DNA of 64,000 nucleotides, from contig JAKAUW010000082.1 in NCBI GenBank assembly GCA_021817455.1, positions 42,904 through 106,903 on the forward strand, in the 5' to 3' direction. Below are positions 26,879 to 35,284 of the stretch, piece by piece (within the stretch, counting starts at the first letter, position 1; the number at the start of each line of letters is the position of its first letter). A model generated the notes under the pieces. That model worked only from the letters and a program-made list of their open reading frames with translations. It was not told the DNA's origin and did not search any database. Both the position numbers and the translations under genes were made by a program. This DNA comes from Thermoplasmata archaeon. GTDB lineage: Archaea; Thermoplasmatota; Thermoplasmata; Thermoplasmatales; Thermoplasmataceae.

Positions 26879-29800
26879 TCAAGTCGATATTAATTTGCCC
26901 ACTTTATTGATGTACTTTGCAGGAATTGGTTTCTCAAGTTCCCAAACTATACTCATTGGTCTGGTTCCTTCATGTTTTACGTAATGTGCCAGTCCTAAGA
27001 ATGTATAAGGCGACCCGTTGCCAGCGATTGTCTTTTTATATTCTCTGACAAACAACAGGATTTTGTTGTCTGTGGGTGCATGTTTTATGTATCTTCGACC
27101 AGTATTGGAAGTATCAGAGGTTGTGCTTTGACTTTGCCAGTGGAACAATCTATCGCTAATTGCATAGTCTTCGTACATAGTTGTAGGGGAAAATTCCTTT
27201 TCGGTCTTGTTAAGGGTAACAAACAACAGATCTACTTTCCTATTTGGAAGGTATTTTACACCTTCTCGAATATCTTTTGGCGTTCTGAATCCCATGGATA
27301 ATAATATCTGGTCCTTTGTATAATTTGAATAAACCTTCAAAGGGCATACAAAGCCCAAGTCCACGGTTTCTTCCACAAGGGCTATCCTTGTTAAATTATA
27401 TTCGAGTAAGTCGATTATTTCTTGATAGATAGGTTTGCTTTTTCTGATTTTAAGGAAACCTTCCTTAAATCCCGGAGGGTCGAAAGTTTCATTCCAGATA
27501 GTGTAAAGAAACATTTCCAGGGTTATCTTCTCATTTTCTGATATGGCATTAAATTCATAGGTGTCTATATTTTTCATTACAATTAGAATCTGCTTTATCA
27601 TGCTATGGGAATCTATTCCAGAAACACGCTTTAGAGCATTTAAGAAAACCTCCTCATCATGTTCTTCATAATTGGAAATCAGTCCAGCATCGGCACGCAA
27701 TCTAGAAAAGGTTGCCTTACAATAAATGTCCAAAGGATCCAAGTGATAGTGGACTAAGAAATTTTCTAGAGTGAGTTTGTACGGTGTATCCTCTTCAAAA
27801 GTCTTAATCCTTTCAATTAGACCAGAACGAACTCCGAAAGATTTCTTTATGTTGTCAAGTATGTACTCCCTTGCTTTTCTTTCCAATTCAATATAACATC
27901 CTTTTGGAATTTGCACGAATCCATCTTCAACTTGTTTTTGAATGCTCAAATGTGTTTTTGAGACGAGAGCAGCAAACTTCTCTTCAAAATTGTACTTTCT
28001 GTTAGCCTGACCAACAAAATCGAGTACAGTGAGGCAATCTTTCCCGTCGGAAAAACGAAGTCCTCTTCCAAGTTGTTGCAAGAAGACAGTAAGACTATGT
28101 GTTGGTCTCAAGAATAAGACAGTGTTGATTTCGGGAATATCTACGCCTTCATTGTAAACGTCTACGGTAAAAATGAATTTGACATCTCCGTTTATTAATC
28201 TATTTCTAGCTTTTTCTCTCTCTTCTTGTGGCGTCTCGCCGGTGAGAGAAATTGAACTTATCTCCATTTTGTTAAAGAAAGAGGACATGAATTCTGCATG
28301 CCTCACAGAAACACAGAATCCTATGCCCTTAATTGAACCCATGTCTGCAGTGTATTCTTTAAGTTTATTGACGATTAAATTTGCCCTTTCTTCAGCTATG
28401 CTTTTATTTAATGCATAGAGTTTTGTTAATTCTTCTTCCTCGTACCCGCCTCGCTTCCAGGCTACTTTTGAAAGGTCTACAGAATCTGTTATTCCAAAAT
28501 ACTGGAATGGTGAGAGCAATTTTCTGTCAATGGCCTCTGGTAACCTTAACTCAGCAGAAATATGGTAGTTGAAATATCGAGTAACATCAATACCATCTGT
28601 TCTCTCTGGAGTCGCAGTTAGTCCTAGTAGTATTTTTGGTTTATAATATGAAAGTAACTCTTGGTAAGTTGGGGCTGATGCATGGTGGAACTCGTCAATA
28701 ATGATGAAGTCGTAATAATCTGGACTAGTCATTTCAAAAAGTTTCTGAGAATTGAAAGTTTGGATTGAAATAAAAAGATTATCAAAATCATCCGGTCTTT
28801 CATTACCGATAAACAGACTTCCAAAATTGTAATTCTTTAGTACAGTCCTAAATGTCTTAAGACTCTGTTCTAGTATCTCCTTCCGGTGTGCCACAAAAAG
28901 TAATCTGTTAGGTTTTCCGGGATTGGAATAGCAGAATCTTTTGTAATCAAAAGCAGAAATTACTGTCTTTCCAGTCCCAGTGGCAGCGACTACTAAATTC
29001 TCTTTTTTACCGAGAAACTCTCTTTCAGCCTGAAGTTTATCTAAAATTTCCTGTTGGAACATGAAGGGTCTTATGTCAAAGTAAGTTTCTGATGATTCTG
29101 TGTTCTTTTTCTTTCGTTCAAAATTAATTGCATCAATGAGCTTTTGAGAAGTATCCTCACTGTAGAGTTCGAATTCTTTCGAATTCCAATAACTTTCAAA
29201 AGTAGCCTCTATCTTCTTCATGGTATCTGGAAGATCCTTTCTAGTTATCTTGACATTCCATTCAAGACCACTAGACATCGCTACATTAGAAATATTGGAG
29301 GAGCCAATGTACGCTGTTGAAAAACCAGTCTCTCGATAAAAGATATAGGCTTTTGCGTGCAGCCTTGTCCTCTTTGTATCATATGAGACTTTTATTTTTG
29401 TGTTTTCAAGTTTACTTAACTCTGAAATAGCTTTAGGATCAGTAGCACCCATGTATGGAGTTGTGATGATCCTTAACTCTCCACCCCTATGAGTAAAAAC
29501 TCTTAGCGGATCAAGTAGGAGTCTTATTCCACTGAATTTTATAAATGATACAAGTAAGTCTATTCTGTCTGAAGAGAGAATTTCATTCTTGAGTTCGTCC
29601 ACTATTTGGGGTTCATCTTCCGATGCCGTGAAAAGTGAGGTTCGAGCAATGGAAGTTCGGGGCCTAGGAAAATGTTTAACATTCGCATCTCTCGAAGTTG
29701 GATGATAAACGATTGAAAGTAATTTTTCCAAAGGTTCATTAATCATATAATCTTCAGAATGTCTATCTGGGGAGTGTCTTTCCACAAGCTTCACAATTTC

Positions 29801-30031
29801 ATTAATAAATTGTATCTGCACCAAAGTGGCATCCTTTTTGTCTTTTAAGGAAAATAAAGTATCATTAATTAATTCTGAAATGTATCTAAACAGCGCCTGA
29901 GAGATCTCACTGTCTTCTTGTAGTAGGGCGCGTTTGACTTGGTGAGCGTAAGACTTTAGCTCTCCCCTCAATAACTCATTAATAAGTTGTTCGTAAATGC
30001 CAGGTTTGAGCATGGAATTTAATTTATACAC
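26879..30031 (-). CDS. SauUSI-like type IV (modification-dependent) restriction enzyme candidate: PLD nuclease + SF2 helicase + DUF3427
   Basis: 1050-aa ORF. HKD motif LHAKAYIF..GSSNIS (29294-29359). Helicase motif I AATGTGKT (28964-28987), motif II DEFH (28685-28696), motif III LGLTATPER and motif VI QQLGRGLR. C-terminal block LFHWQSQ..RRYIKH..ILLFVRE..YTFLGLA..RPMSIVWEL is typical of DUF3427. The likely true start is the ATG at 30013. Confidence 0.8.
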   Translation of the reverse strand: MYKLNSMLKPGIYEQLINELLRGELKSYAHQVKRALLQEDSEISQALFRYISELINDTLFSLKDKKDATLVQIQFINEIVKLVERHSPDRHSEDYMINEPLEKLLSIVYHPTSRDANVKHFPRPRTSIARTSLFTASEDEPQIVDELKNEILSSDRIDLLVSFIKFSGIRLLLDPLRVFTHRGGELRIITTPYMGATDPKAISELSKLENTKIKVSYDTKRTRLHAKAYIFYRETGFSTAYIGSSNISNVAMSSGLEWNVKITRKDLPDTMKKIEATFESYWNSKEFELYSEDTSQKLIDAINFERKKKNTESSETYFDIRPFMFQQEILDKLQAEREFLGKKENLVVAATGTGKTVISAFDYKRFCYSNPGKPNRLLFVAHRKEILEQSLKTFRTVLKNYNFGSLFIGNERPDDFDNLFISIQTFNSQKLFEMTSPDYYDFIIIDEFHHASAPTYQELLSYYKPKILLGLTATPERTDGIDVTRYFNYHISAELRLPEAIDRKLLSPFQYFGITDSVDLSKVAWKRGGYEEEELTKLYALNKSIAEERANLIVNKLKEYTADMGSIKGIGFCVSVRHAEFMSSFFNKMEISSISLTGETPQEEREKARNRLINGDVKFIFTVDVYNEGVDIPEINTVLFLRPTHSLTVFLQQLGRGLRFSDGKDCLTVLDFVGQANRKYNFEEKFAALVSKTHLSIQKQVEDGFVQIPKGCYIELERKAREYILDNIKKSFGVRSGLIERIKTFEEDTPYKLTLENFLVHYHLDPLDIYCKATFSRLRADAGLISNYEEHDEEVFLNALKRVSGIDSHSMIKQILIVMKNIDTYEFNAISENEKITLEMFLYTIWNETFDPPGFKEGFLKIRKSKPIYQEIIDLLEYNLTRIALVEETVDLGFVCPLKVYSNYTKDQILLSMGFRTPKDIREGVKYLPNRKVDLLFVTLNKTEKEFSPTTMYEDYAISDRLFHWQSQSTTSDTSNTGRRYIKHAPTDNKILLFVREYKKTIAGNGSPYTFLGLAHYVKHEGTRPMSIVWELEKPIPAKYINKVGKLIST

Positions 30032-30040
30032 TCAACTTAT

Positions 30041-30050
30041 CTATATTTTA
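30041..30050 (-). promoter_or_regulatory. TATA-like box for the PLD-helicase gene
   Basis: The minus strand reads TAAAATATAG about 30 nt upstream of the ATG at 30013. This is consistent with an independent, nearly leaderless transcript. Confidence 0.3.
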
Positions 30051-30109
30051 CTTTTGCTATTTGAATAATACGGTTAAACATTTCTGGTGACCATATTTCT
30101 TGATTGCTC

Positions 30110-30116
30110 AAAAAAA
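30110..30116 (-). terminator. oligo-T tract downstream of the HNH gene
   Basis: An A7 run on the plus strand gives T7 on the minus strand, 68 nt after the HNH stop. Archaeal terminators are oligo-T tracts. Confidence 0.3.
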
Positions 30117-30183
30117 TTGATTGAGATTCATTTGCATTCGGGGGTCAAAACACGCTTATAGGATAAATAAGGAATATTTGAAT

Positions 30184-30543
30184 TTAAAAAGTGTTAGAAA
30201 TGCCCTTTTTGAAGTTACACTCATAGCAAAGTGGTTGAATGTTATCAATATCATCACTTCCTCCCTTAGATAGAGGAATGATATGGTCTTCAGTTATCCT
30301 ATATTTAGCATTACCTTTTGAAGGCGGTATATCCTCCCACTTTCTATTGCAAATAGGGCATCGTTCGTAAGATTCTAGTTTCTCTTTAAACTCTTTAGAG
30401 GTGTGACTTCCACTTGCCTCTTTCTTCCTGTTTGAGTAGGATCTTGATCTCCTCTGTCTGCAAGTCTTACAATATCTATGCTCCTTCCCATCGTCAGATA
30501 CCCAACATCCCCAATTATTGTGTCCTTTACCGCAAACAGCCAC
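30184..30543 (-). CDS. HNH (His-Me finger) endonuclease with N-terminal zinc ribbon
   Basis: 119-aa ORF from a GTG start. HNH core EDHIIPLSKGGSDDIDNIQPLCYECNFKKG flanked by CPIC and CYEC pairs. The N-terminal CGKGH...RYCKTCRQRR ribbon is common in phage/homing HNH proteins. Confidence 0.8.
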   Translation of the reverse strand: MAVCGKGHNNWGCWVSDDGKEHRYCKTCRQRRSRSYSNRKKEASGSHTSKEFKEKLESYERCPICNRKWEDIPPSKGNAKYRITEDHIIPLSKGGSDDIDNIQPLCYECNFKKGISNTF

Positions 30544-30563
30544 AATATTTATTTCATATGTGG

Positions 30564-30574
30564 TATTAATAAAT
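30564..30574 (-). promoter_or_regulatory. TATA-like box for the HNH gene
   Basis: The minus strand reads ATTTATTAATA, centred about 26 nt upstream of the GTG at 30543. This suggests a leaderless mRNA. Confidence 0.3.
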
Positions 30575-31013
30575 TGCTATGACCTAATTTTTTTTTGACT
30601 CTCTTTGATATCCTGGGGGTAATAGATAAAGTAAATTTTAAAGGAAAGTATCTAAAATCCTTTTCTTGGAGTTTGATCCATTAAGAATAGGTACCCATCC
30701 AGAGAAGTAATGAGACTTCGCTTAGTATTATTGGCTACTGAAAGAAAAAGGAACTGGTGAATTTACTCCAACCAAACCAAAGATCCTTTTTTTAAGAAGT
30801 TGCTTAAGTGAATGGGGTGATATAGCGACAAAAAACAGTCACTTGCATCCAGTGCACAGGGACCATATTCTGCTTAAATCGAAAGATCTTGAACCTTATT
30901 CAGTTTTTCATGAAAATGCGATTCCTATAATGAATTCAAAATCAATATGGCTAAAGTTCAGAAATTTGAACGATCTCAACAAGTCTATTATGAACAAATG
31001 GGATCATTTTTCT

Positions 31014-31451
31014 ATGAAAGAATTTCGACCTGATAGTTTGGACTTCAAAGTAATCAAGATTCTCGAAGGGGACTGTTCTAAAACCTATAGGGAGATCTCT
31101 GAAGAAACCGGGCGGGATCTCTGGATGATTCGTGACCGAGTTGTGATGCTGAAGAAGAAAGGTATTGTAGGAAAATGCAAAGCCGAGATAAACTACCCTG
31201 GAGTTGGCGTTAACTGTAGAGCTTTGATTATGTTTAATGTCCCAGAGGAAAATATCGATCGTTTCGTTTCATTTGCGAAATCCACCCAAGAATTCAAAAG
31301 ACTGATCATTGCCACCGGTCAACGCAGATTTTACCTAGAAGTTGTCGGCGAAAACTGCAATGGAATAAGGGAATATGCTAGAAAAACGCTTCCAGGATTT
31401 GGAATTTATGATGTAGCCTTTGAAGTCATCCTGGATTCTCCGGTACAATAA
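31014..31451 (+). CDS. Lrp/AsnC-like regulator
   Basis: The ORF opens at a TTG at 30843, but family-length protein starts at the ATG at 31014 (MKEFRPDSLDFKVIKILEGDCSKTYREISEETG). HTH plus RAM-like C-terminal domain. Confidence 0.6.
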   Translation: MKEFRPDSLDFKVIKILEGDCSKTYREISEETGRDLWMIRDRVVMLKKKGIVGKCKAEINYPGVGVNCRALIMFNVPEENIDRFVSFAKSTQEFKRLIIATGQRRFYLEVVGENCNGIREYARKTLPGFGIYDVAFEVILDSPVQ

Positions 31452-31683
31452 GTGAGACTTTCCCGTTTCACTGCTTTTCACACGTGTGATGAGGCCGTTG
31501 GCAGCTGTCAGTATCCGATATTTATACCTCTAATTCTAATTTTCCAAGGTATGAAGATACTTTTGAACCATCAATGGGAGTATGCATCAACCTGCCTACA
31601 GTCTCAATTTTTGTGTAAAACAAATAAACTCTAACGCAAATTTTGTACGCTCAGCTTTTGTGCCTGCCGCTTCTCTGGGAATC

Positions 31684-32430
31684 ATGAACAGTGAGTTTAG
31701 TAAACTTGAAGAATACGCAATGCAGACACTTGGCCAGGTTCCGGAAATTGTCAGATATCTGGGCAGGATCAACGAATCTCTTGCTCTTGAACAGTTCAGG
31801 GAGAATACTGTCCTTTACCTTGGTCGGACCAATATAAGCAGGAAAATGTCATCGCTGATTGCAATTGCAGTATCTTCAGCAAATGGCCAGAAAGACTCAG
31901 TTTCCCTGCATTTCAGGCTCGCCAGGAAATTCGGCGCTGATCCTCTTGAAATACTGGATGCACTTAAAGCTGCAAAAATGGTATTAATGTCAAACTCTAT
32001 GTCAACTCTGCAGTCCACTCTATCGATATTCGAAAAGAGTTTCCACCCGCCTGAAAAAAGGGAAGAGGTTGAGATTATCATCAATAACATTAAAAAGGAG
32101 AGCGGGTTGGATGCCGTGCCGGAGACTCTATCTGCTCTTTCCAGGATATCATTCGACCTCTTCAGCGAGCACCTGAAAGAGAAATCCGAACTCATGTCTC
32201 CGCTCAGCCTGAACAGCAAGTCCGTTTTTCTCATCTCCTATGCGGTTAGCGTCTCACTGGGGTCTGAGATATGTGCACAGACATATCTCAAGCAGTACAT
32301 AAGAAGTGGTGGGCTCTTGCCCGAAATAGAAGATGCAATTGCCATTTCCAGGTTCATAACCGGGAATAGGTCTTTTATCAGTTCTTCAGCCATTCTCAGA
32401 GAGTTGAGCGAAAGTGTGGGACAGCAATGA
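31684..32430 (+). CDS. carboxymuconolactone decarboxylase (AhpD-like) family protein, two tandem domains
   Basis: Start taken at the ATG at 31684 (MNSEFSKLEE). There are two helical repeats of the CMD/AhpD type (SSLIAIAVSSANG ... ; VFLISYAVSVSLG ...). Overlaps the next gene by 4 nt. Confidence 0.5.
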   Translation: MNSEFSKLEEYAMQTLGQVPEIVRYLGRINESLALEQFRENTVLYLGRTNISRKMSSLIAIAVSSANGQKDSVSLHFRLARKFGADPLEILDALKAAKMVLMSNSMSTLQSTLSIFEKSFHPPEKREEVEIIINNIKKESGLDAVPETLSALSRISFDLFSEHLKEKSELMSPLSLNSKSVFLISYAVSVSLGSEICAQTYLKQYIRSGGLLPEIEDAIAISRFITGNRSFISSSAILRELSESVGQQ

Positions 32431-33509
32431 ACCAGAGAGTTGCCTTGTCTCCCACTGCGATAAATTCAGAAATTAACATGCTTCAAATCTTCGGTTCAGA
32501 GTGGTTTGGCATACCAATATCAACCTTAGCTCTTTCTCAAGTTTATATACTAATTTTCGAACATTATCATGATCTTGTATTCCTCTATATTGGCGAAACC
32601 CTGACATTTGCAGCCATAATACTTTTTGCGTTCATATTCGCGATTTGGATTACCCGTGGAATTACTTCAAGAAAGGAGAAGAATGGGAACTCGCACTGGG
32701 ACAATCTTACTCGCTTGAGTTTCATTTCCCTGATTCCCATAATGGGGTTTGTCAGTAACTCACAACTCCTCTTCTTCTTCGGGATTAATTCTGTTTCAGC
32801 GGAGATCTCTGCAGCGGATTTTTATGTGTTCTACGGGCTATCATTGATTCTCGGAGTTCTGTTAGGTTACAGACTGTATACAAAAGAAATTTCTCCGAGA
32901 GAGATAAATTACGCAATAGTCATTCCGCCACTGGCTATCGGCACCAGTGTATTCCTCTCACAATACATAATTCAATATTATGGTGGAGCTACGGGCCAGT
33001 TCATATCTTTTCTAGTGGTCATGGGACTGGGCATATTCTTCTTTTTGTTCATTTTCATAGGCTCAATTGCTTTGTCCGGTCATGTATCCACCAAGACGCA
33101 CGATGCCCTGCCAACAACGATGCTTCCAGTTGGAATAGCCAGCCTGATCGTCTTGAATCTCTTCGCAATATCTGGTTTTGGTTCTATAGGCAATACAAGC
33201 CTGACCATATCACAAGTCGGGCTGCTGTCTGTAATGCTGTGGGGGTTTGAAATCTGGAATTTCCTTGTGGTCCTTATTCTAATGTTGGTGAGGCCATCCA
33301 AAGGGAACTTGAGCGTCTGGGCTTACGGCTTTCCTTTGGGGCTGTTTGCTACGTCGACTATCAAGATAATGTCAGCAATCAATTTTGGTTGGCTGTTTTG
33401 GATATTCCTGATGATATCTGCTTTGCTGAACATATTATGGGTTTACGGATGGATCAACACTGCTTTATACATTAGGAAAAGCAGGAACCACATTAGTCAA
33501 CCTGCTTAG
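32427..33509 (+). CDS. 10-TM anion transporter, probably TDT (TehA/Mae1/SLAC1-like) family
   Basis: 360-aa ORF with about 10 hydrophobic helices and an N-terminal WFGIPISTLALS block reminiscent of TDT proteins. The family call is tentative. Confidence 0.45.
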   Translation: MNQRVALSPTAINSEINMLQIFGSEWFGIPISTLALSQVYILIFEHYHDLVFLYIGETLTFAAIILFAFIFAIWITRGITSRKEKNGNSHWDNLTRLSFISLIPIMGFVSNSQLLFFFGINSVSAEISAADFYVFYGLSLILGVLLGYRLYTKEISPREINYAIVIPPLAIGTSVFLSQYIIQYYGGATGQFISFLVVMGLGIFFFLFIFIGSIALSGHVSTKTHDALPTTMLPVGIASLIVLNLFAISGFGSIGNTSLTISQVGLLSVMLWGFEIWNFLVVLILMLVRPSKGNLSVWAYGFPLGLFATSTIKIMSAINFGWLFWIFLMISALLNILWVYGWINTALYIRKSRNHISQPA

Positions 33510-33524
33510 CAAAGACTTCTTTCT
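33505..33524 (+). repeat. right copy of the imperfect direct repeat, CTTAGCAAA-gac-TTCTTTCT
   Basis: CTTAGCAAAGACTTCTTTCT spans the stop codon of the transporter gene. It pairs with 26681-26697. Confidence 0.35.
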
Positions 33525-34096
33525 TTCTCACACCTTCACAGATCATTCCAGACGAGATGAATCATGGTCAGACATACTAATATCGATTCAAACTTCCTGA
33601 AATGCATTGCATGAAGATGAGGAAACTCCTGAGTTATTTATTACCCTTTCAATTTTTATTCTTCGCTTCATTCTTATCAAACAGGGCGTCAAATGTTTTA
33701 GCGCGTGACGATTTTCTTTGCCCGTCTTTTACATCGCATACAGACCTCATCAGAAAGGATATTCAGATCGAATTAGAGGCTCTTGGGGTGTTGTTTGAGA
33801 TATGGGCATACAAAAGTACATTGAAATGAAATTTGAGGTCCTGAGAACGTTTTTTGAAGTAGAAAATAGTCATGAATCGTATTGTGAGCCGAGACCTAGG
33901 ATTAATGAACCTGTTTATCCTGGCAGGGATCCGTTGGAGTCCTTCAGGACCCATAATAACCATAAGAGCAGGTCATTTTCAACCTTGGCCCGGTATTCCT
34001 TTTCAAAACTACAATTTCAGTCTATCTTGTGGCCTTAGTAAGCAAACAAACGCTGAAAATGGATATGTGAATACCTTTTAACTACCATTAATGGGA

Positions 34097-34168
<72 letters not shown>

Positions 34169-34304
34169 TGTTGTCCATAGTATGCAGTTAGACTGCCCTT
34201 GGACTTCCCTTGTATTTTTAGTACCTACTTAAGAGTTTTCTGTGGATTGGTACGCCAGAAGCGTCTAATGAAAGAAATTTAATTTAATGTAAAAATAACC
34301 ATCC

Positions 34305-35165
34305 ATGCCAAATGTCCTACTCCTTCACGGGGGCGCCGGCTCAGATAATTCTTACACTGATGCACTGAACAGGTATGCAAACAGCACTTCTTCAAAGATT
34401 TCAAAAGATCCCGTTGATTTCGTTGTGGAATCAGTAAGGCTCATGGAAGATGACCCGTCCTTCAATGCTGGAACTGGATCAGTAAAGAGGATAGATGGTT
34501 CAATACAGATGGACGCGGCTGTAATGTCGAACCGCAAGATCGGATCGGTCTCTGCAATAGAGCGGGTCAGGAACCCCGTTTTAGTAGCCAGGGAAGTTAT
34601 GCTTCAGACACCTCATGTAATGATAACCGGCGATGGTGCGATAAAATTTGCCAGGTCTGTGGGCTTTGGGGATTACGATCCAACAACAGAGCGAACTGAA
34701 ACAATCTGGAAGAAGATGGTGGATTTCTTCAACGGCAAGGAAGTGGAACTGCCTGAAAGGTATTCACAGTATTACAGATACGCGAAGATTTTTGGCTTTC
34801 CGCAGCAGAAGGATACAGTTGGAGCTGTTGCCCGAGTCGGTAACAAGTTTGCAGCTGCAGTCTCAACAGGAGGTTCGTCACCAATGATGAGAGGGAGAGT
34901 GGGCGATTCCCCTTTACCGGGAGCAGGCCTTTACGCAGGGGAGAACGGTGCCATTGTTGCCACAGGCATAGGCGAGGAAATTATCAAAAGGATGATGTGC
35001 TACGATATTTACACAAAGATTGGCACCAAACCACTTCAAGACATTCTGAAGGAAAAAGTGGAGGAATTCGGGGACATCCTTGTGGGAGTCATAGCAGTAT
35101 CAAAAGATGAATATGCCTCATATTCCAACAACAGCATGGCCACAGGTGTAAGCACCTGGCCATGA
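34305..35165 (+). CDS. isoaspartyl peptidase / plant-type L-asparaginase (Ntn hydrolase)
   Basis: 286-aa ORF with the autoprocessing/nucleophile block KDTVGAVA, LLHGGAG at the N-terminus and a GAGLYA block. Confidence 0.85.
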   Translation: MPNVLLLHGGAGSDNSYTDALNRYANSTSSKISKDPVDFVVESVRLMEDDPSFNAGTGSVKRIDGSIQMDAAVMSNRKIGSVSAIERVRNPVLVAREVMLQTPHVMITGDGAIKFARSVGFGDYDPTTERTETIWKKMVDFFNGKEVELPERYSQYYRYAKIFGFPQQKDTVGAVARVGNKFAAAVSTGGSSPMMRGRVGDSPLPGAGLYAGENGAIVATGIGEEIIKRMMCYDIYTKIGTKPLQDILKEKVEEFGDILVGVIAVSKDEYASYSNNSMATGVSTWP

Positions 35166-35284
35166 ACTCATGGTTGGTTTCACTTCAAGGAAATCGCTAT
35201 AATACGAAGTCTGTATTGTGGCAACAAAAATACCTGTTTGACCCCAGTATCAAGGTTTATAAAGCAGTAAAATATGCTTCTTGA

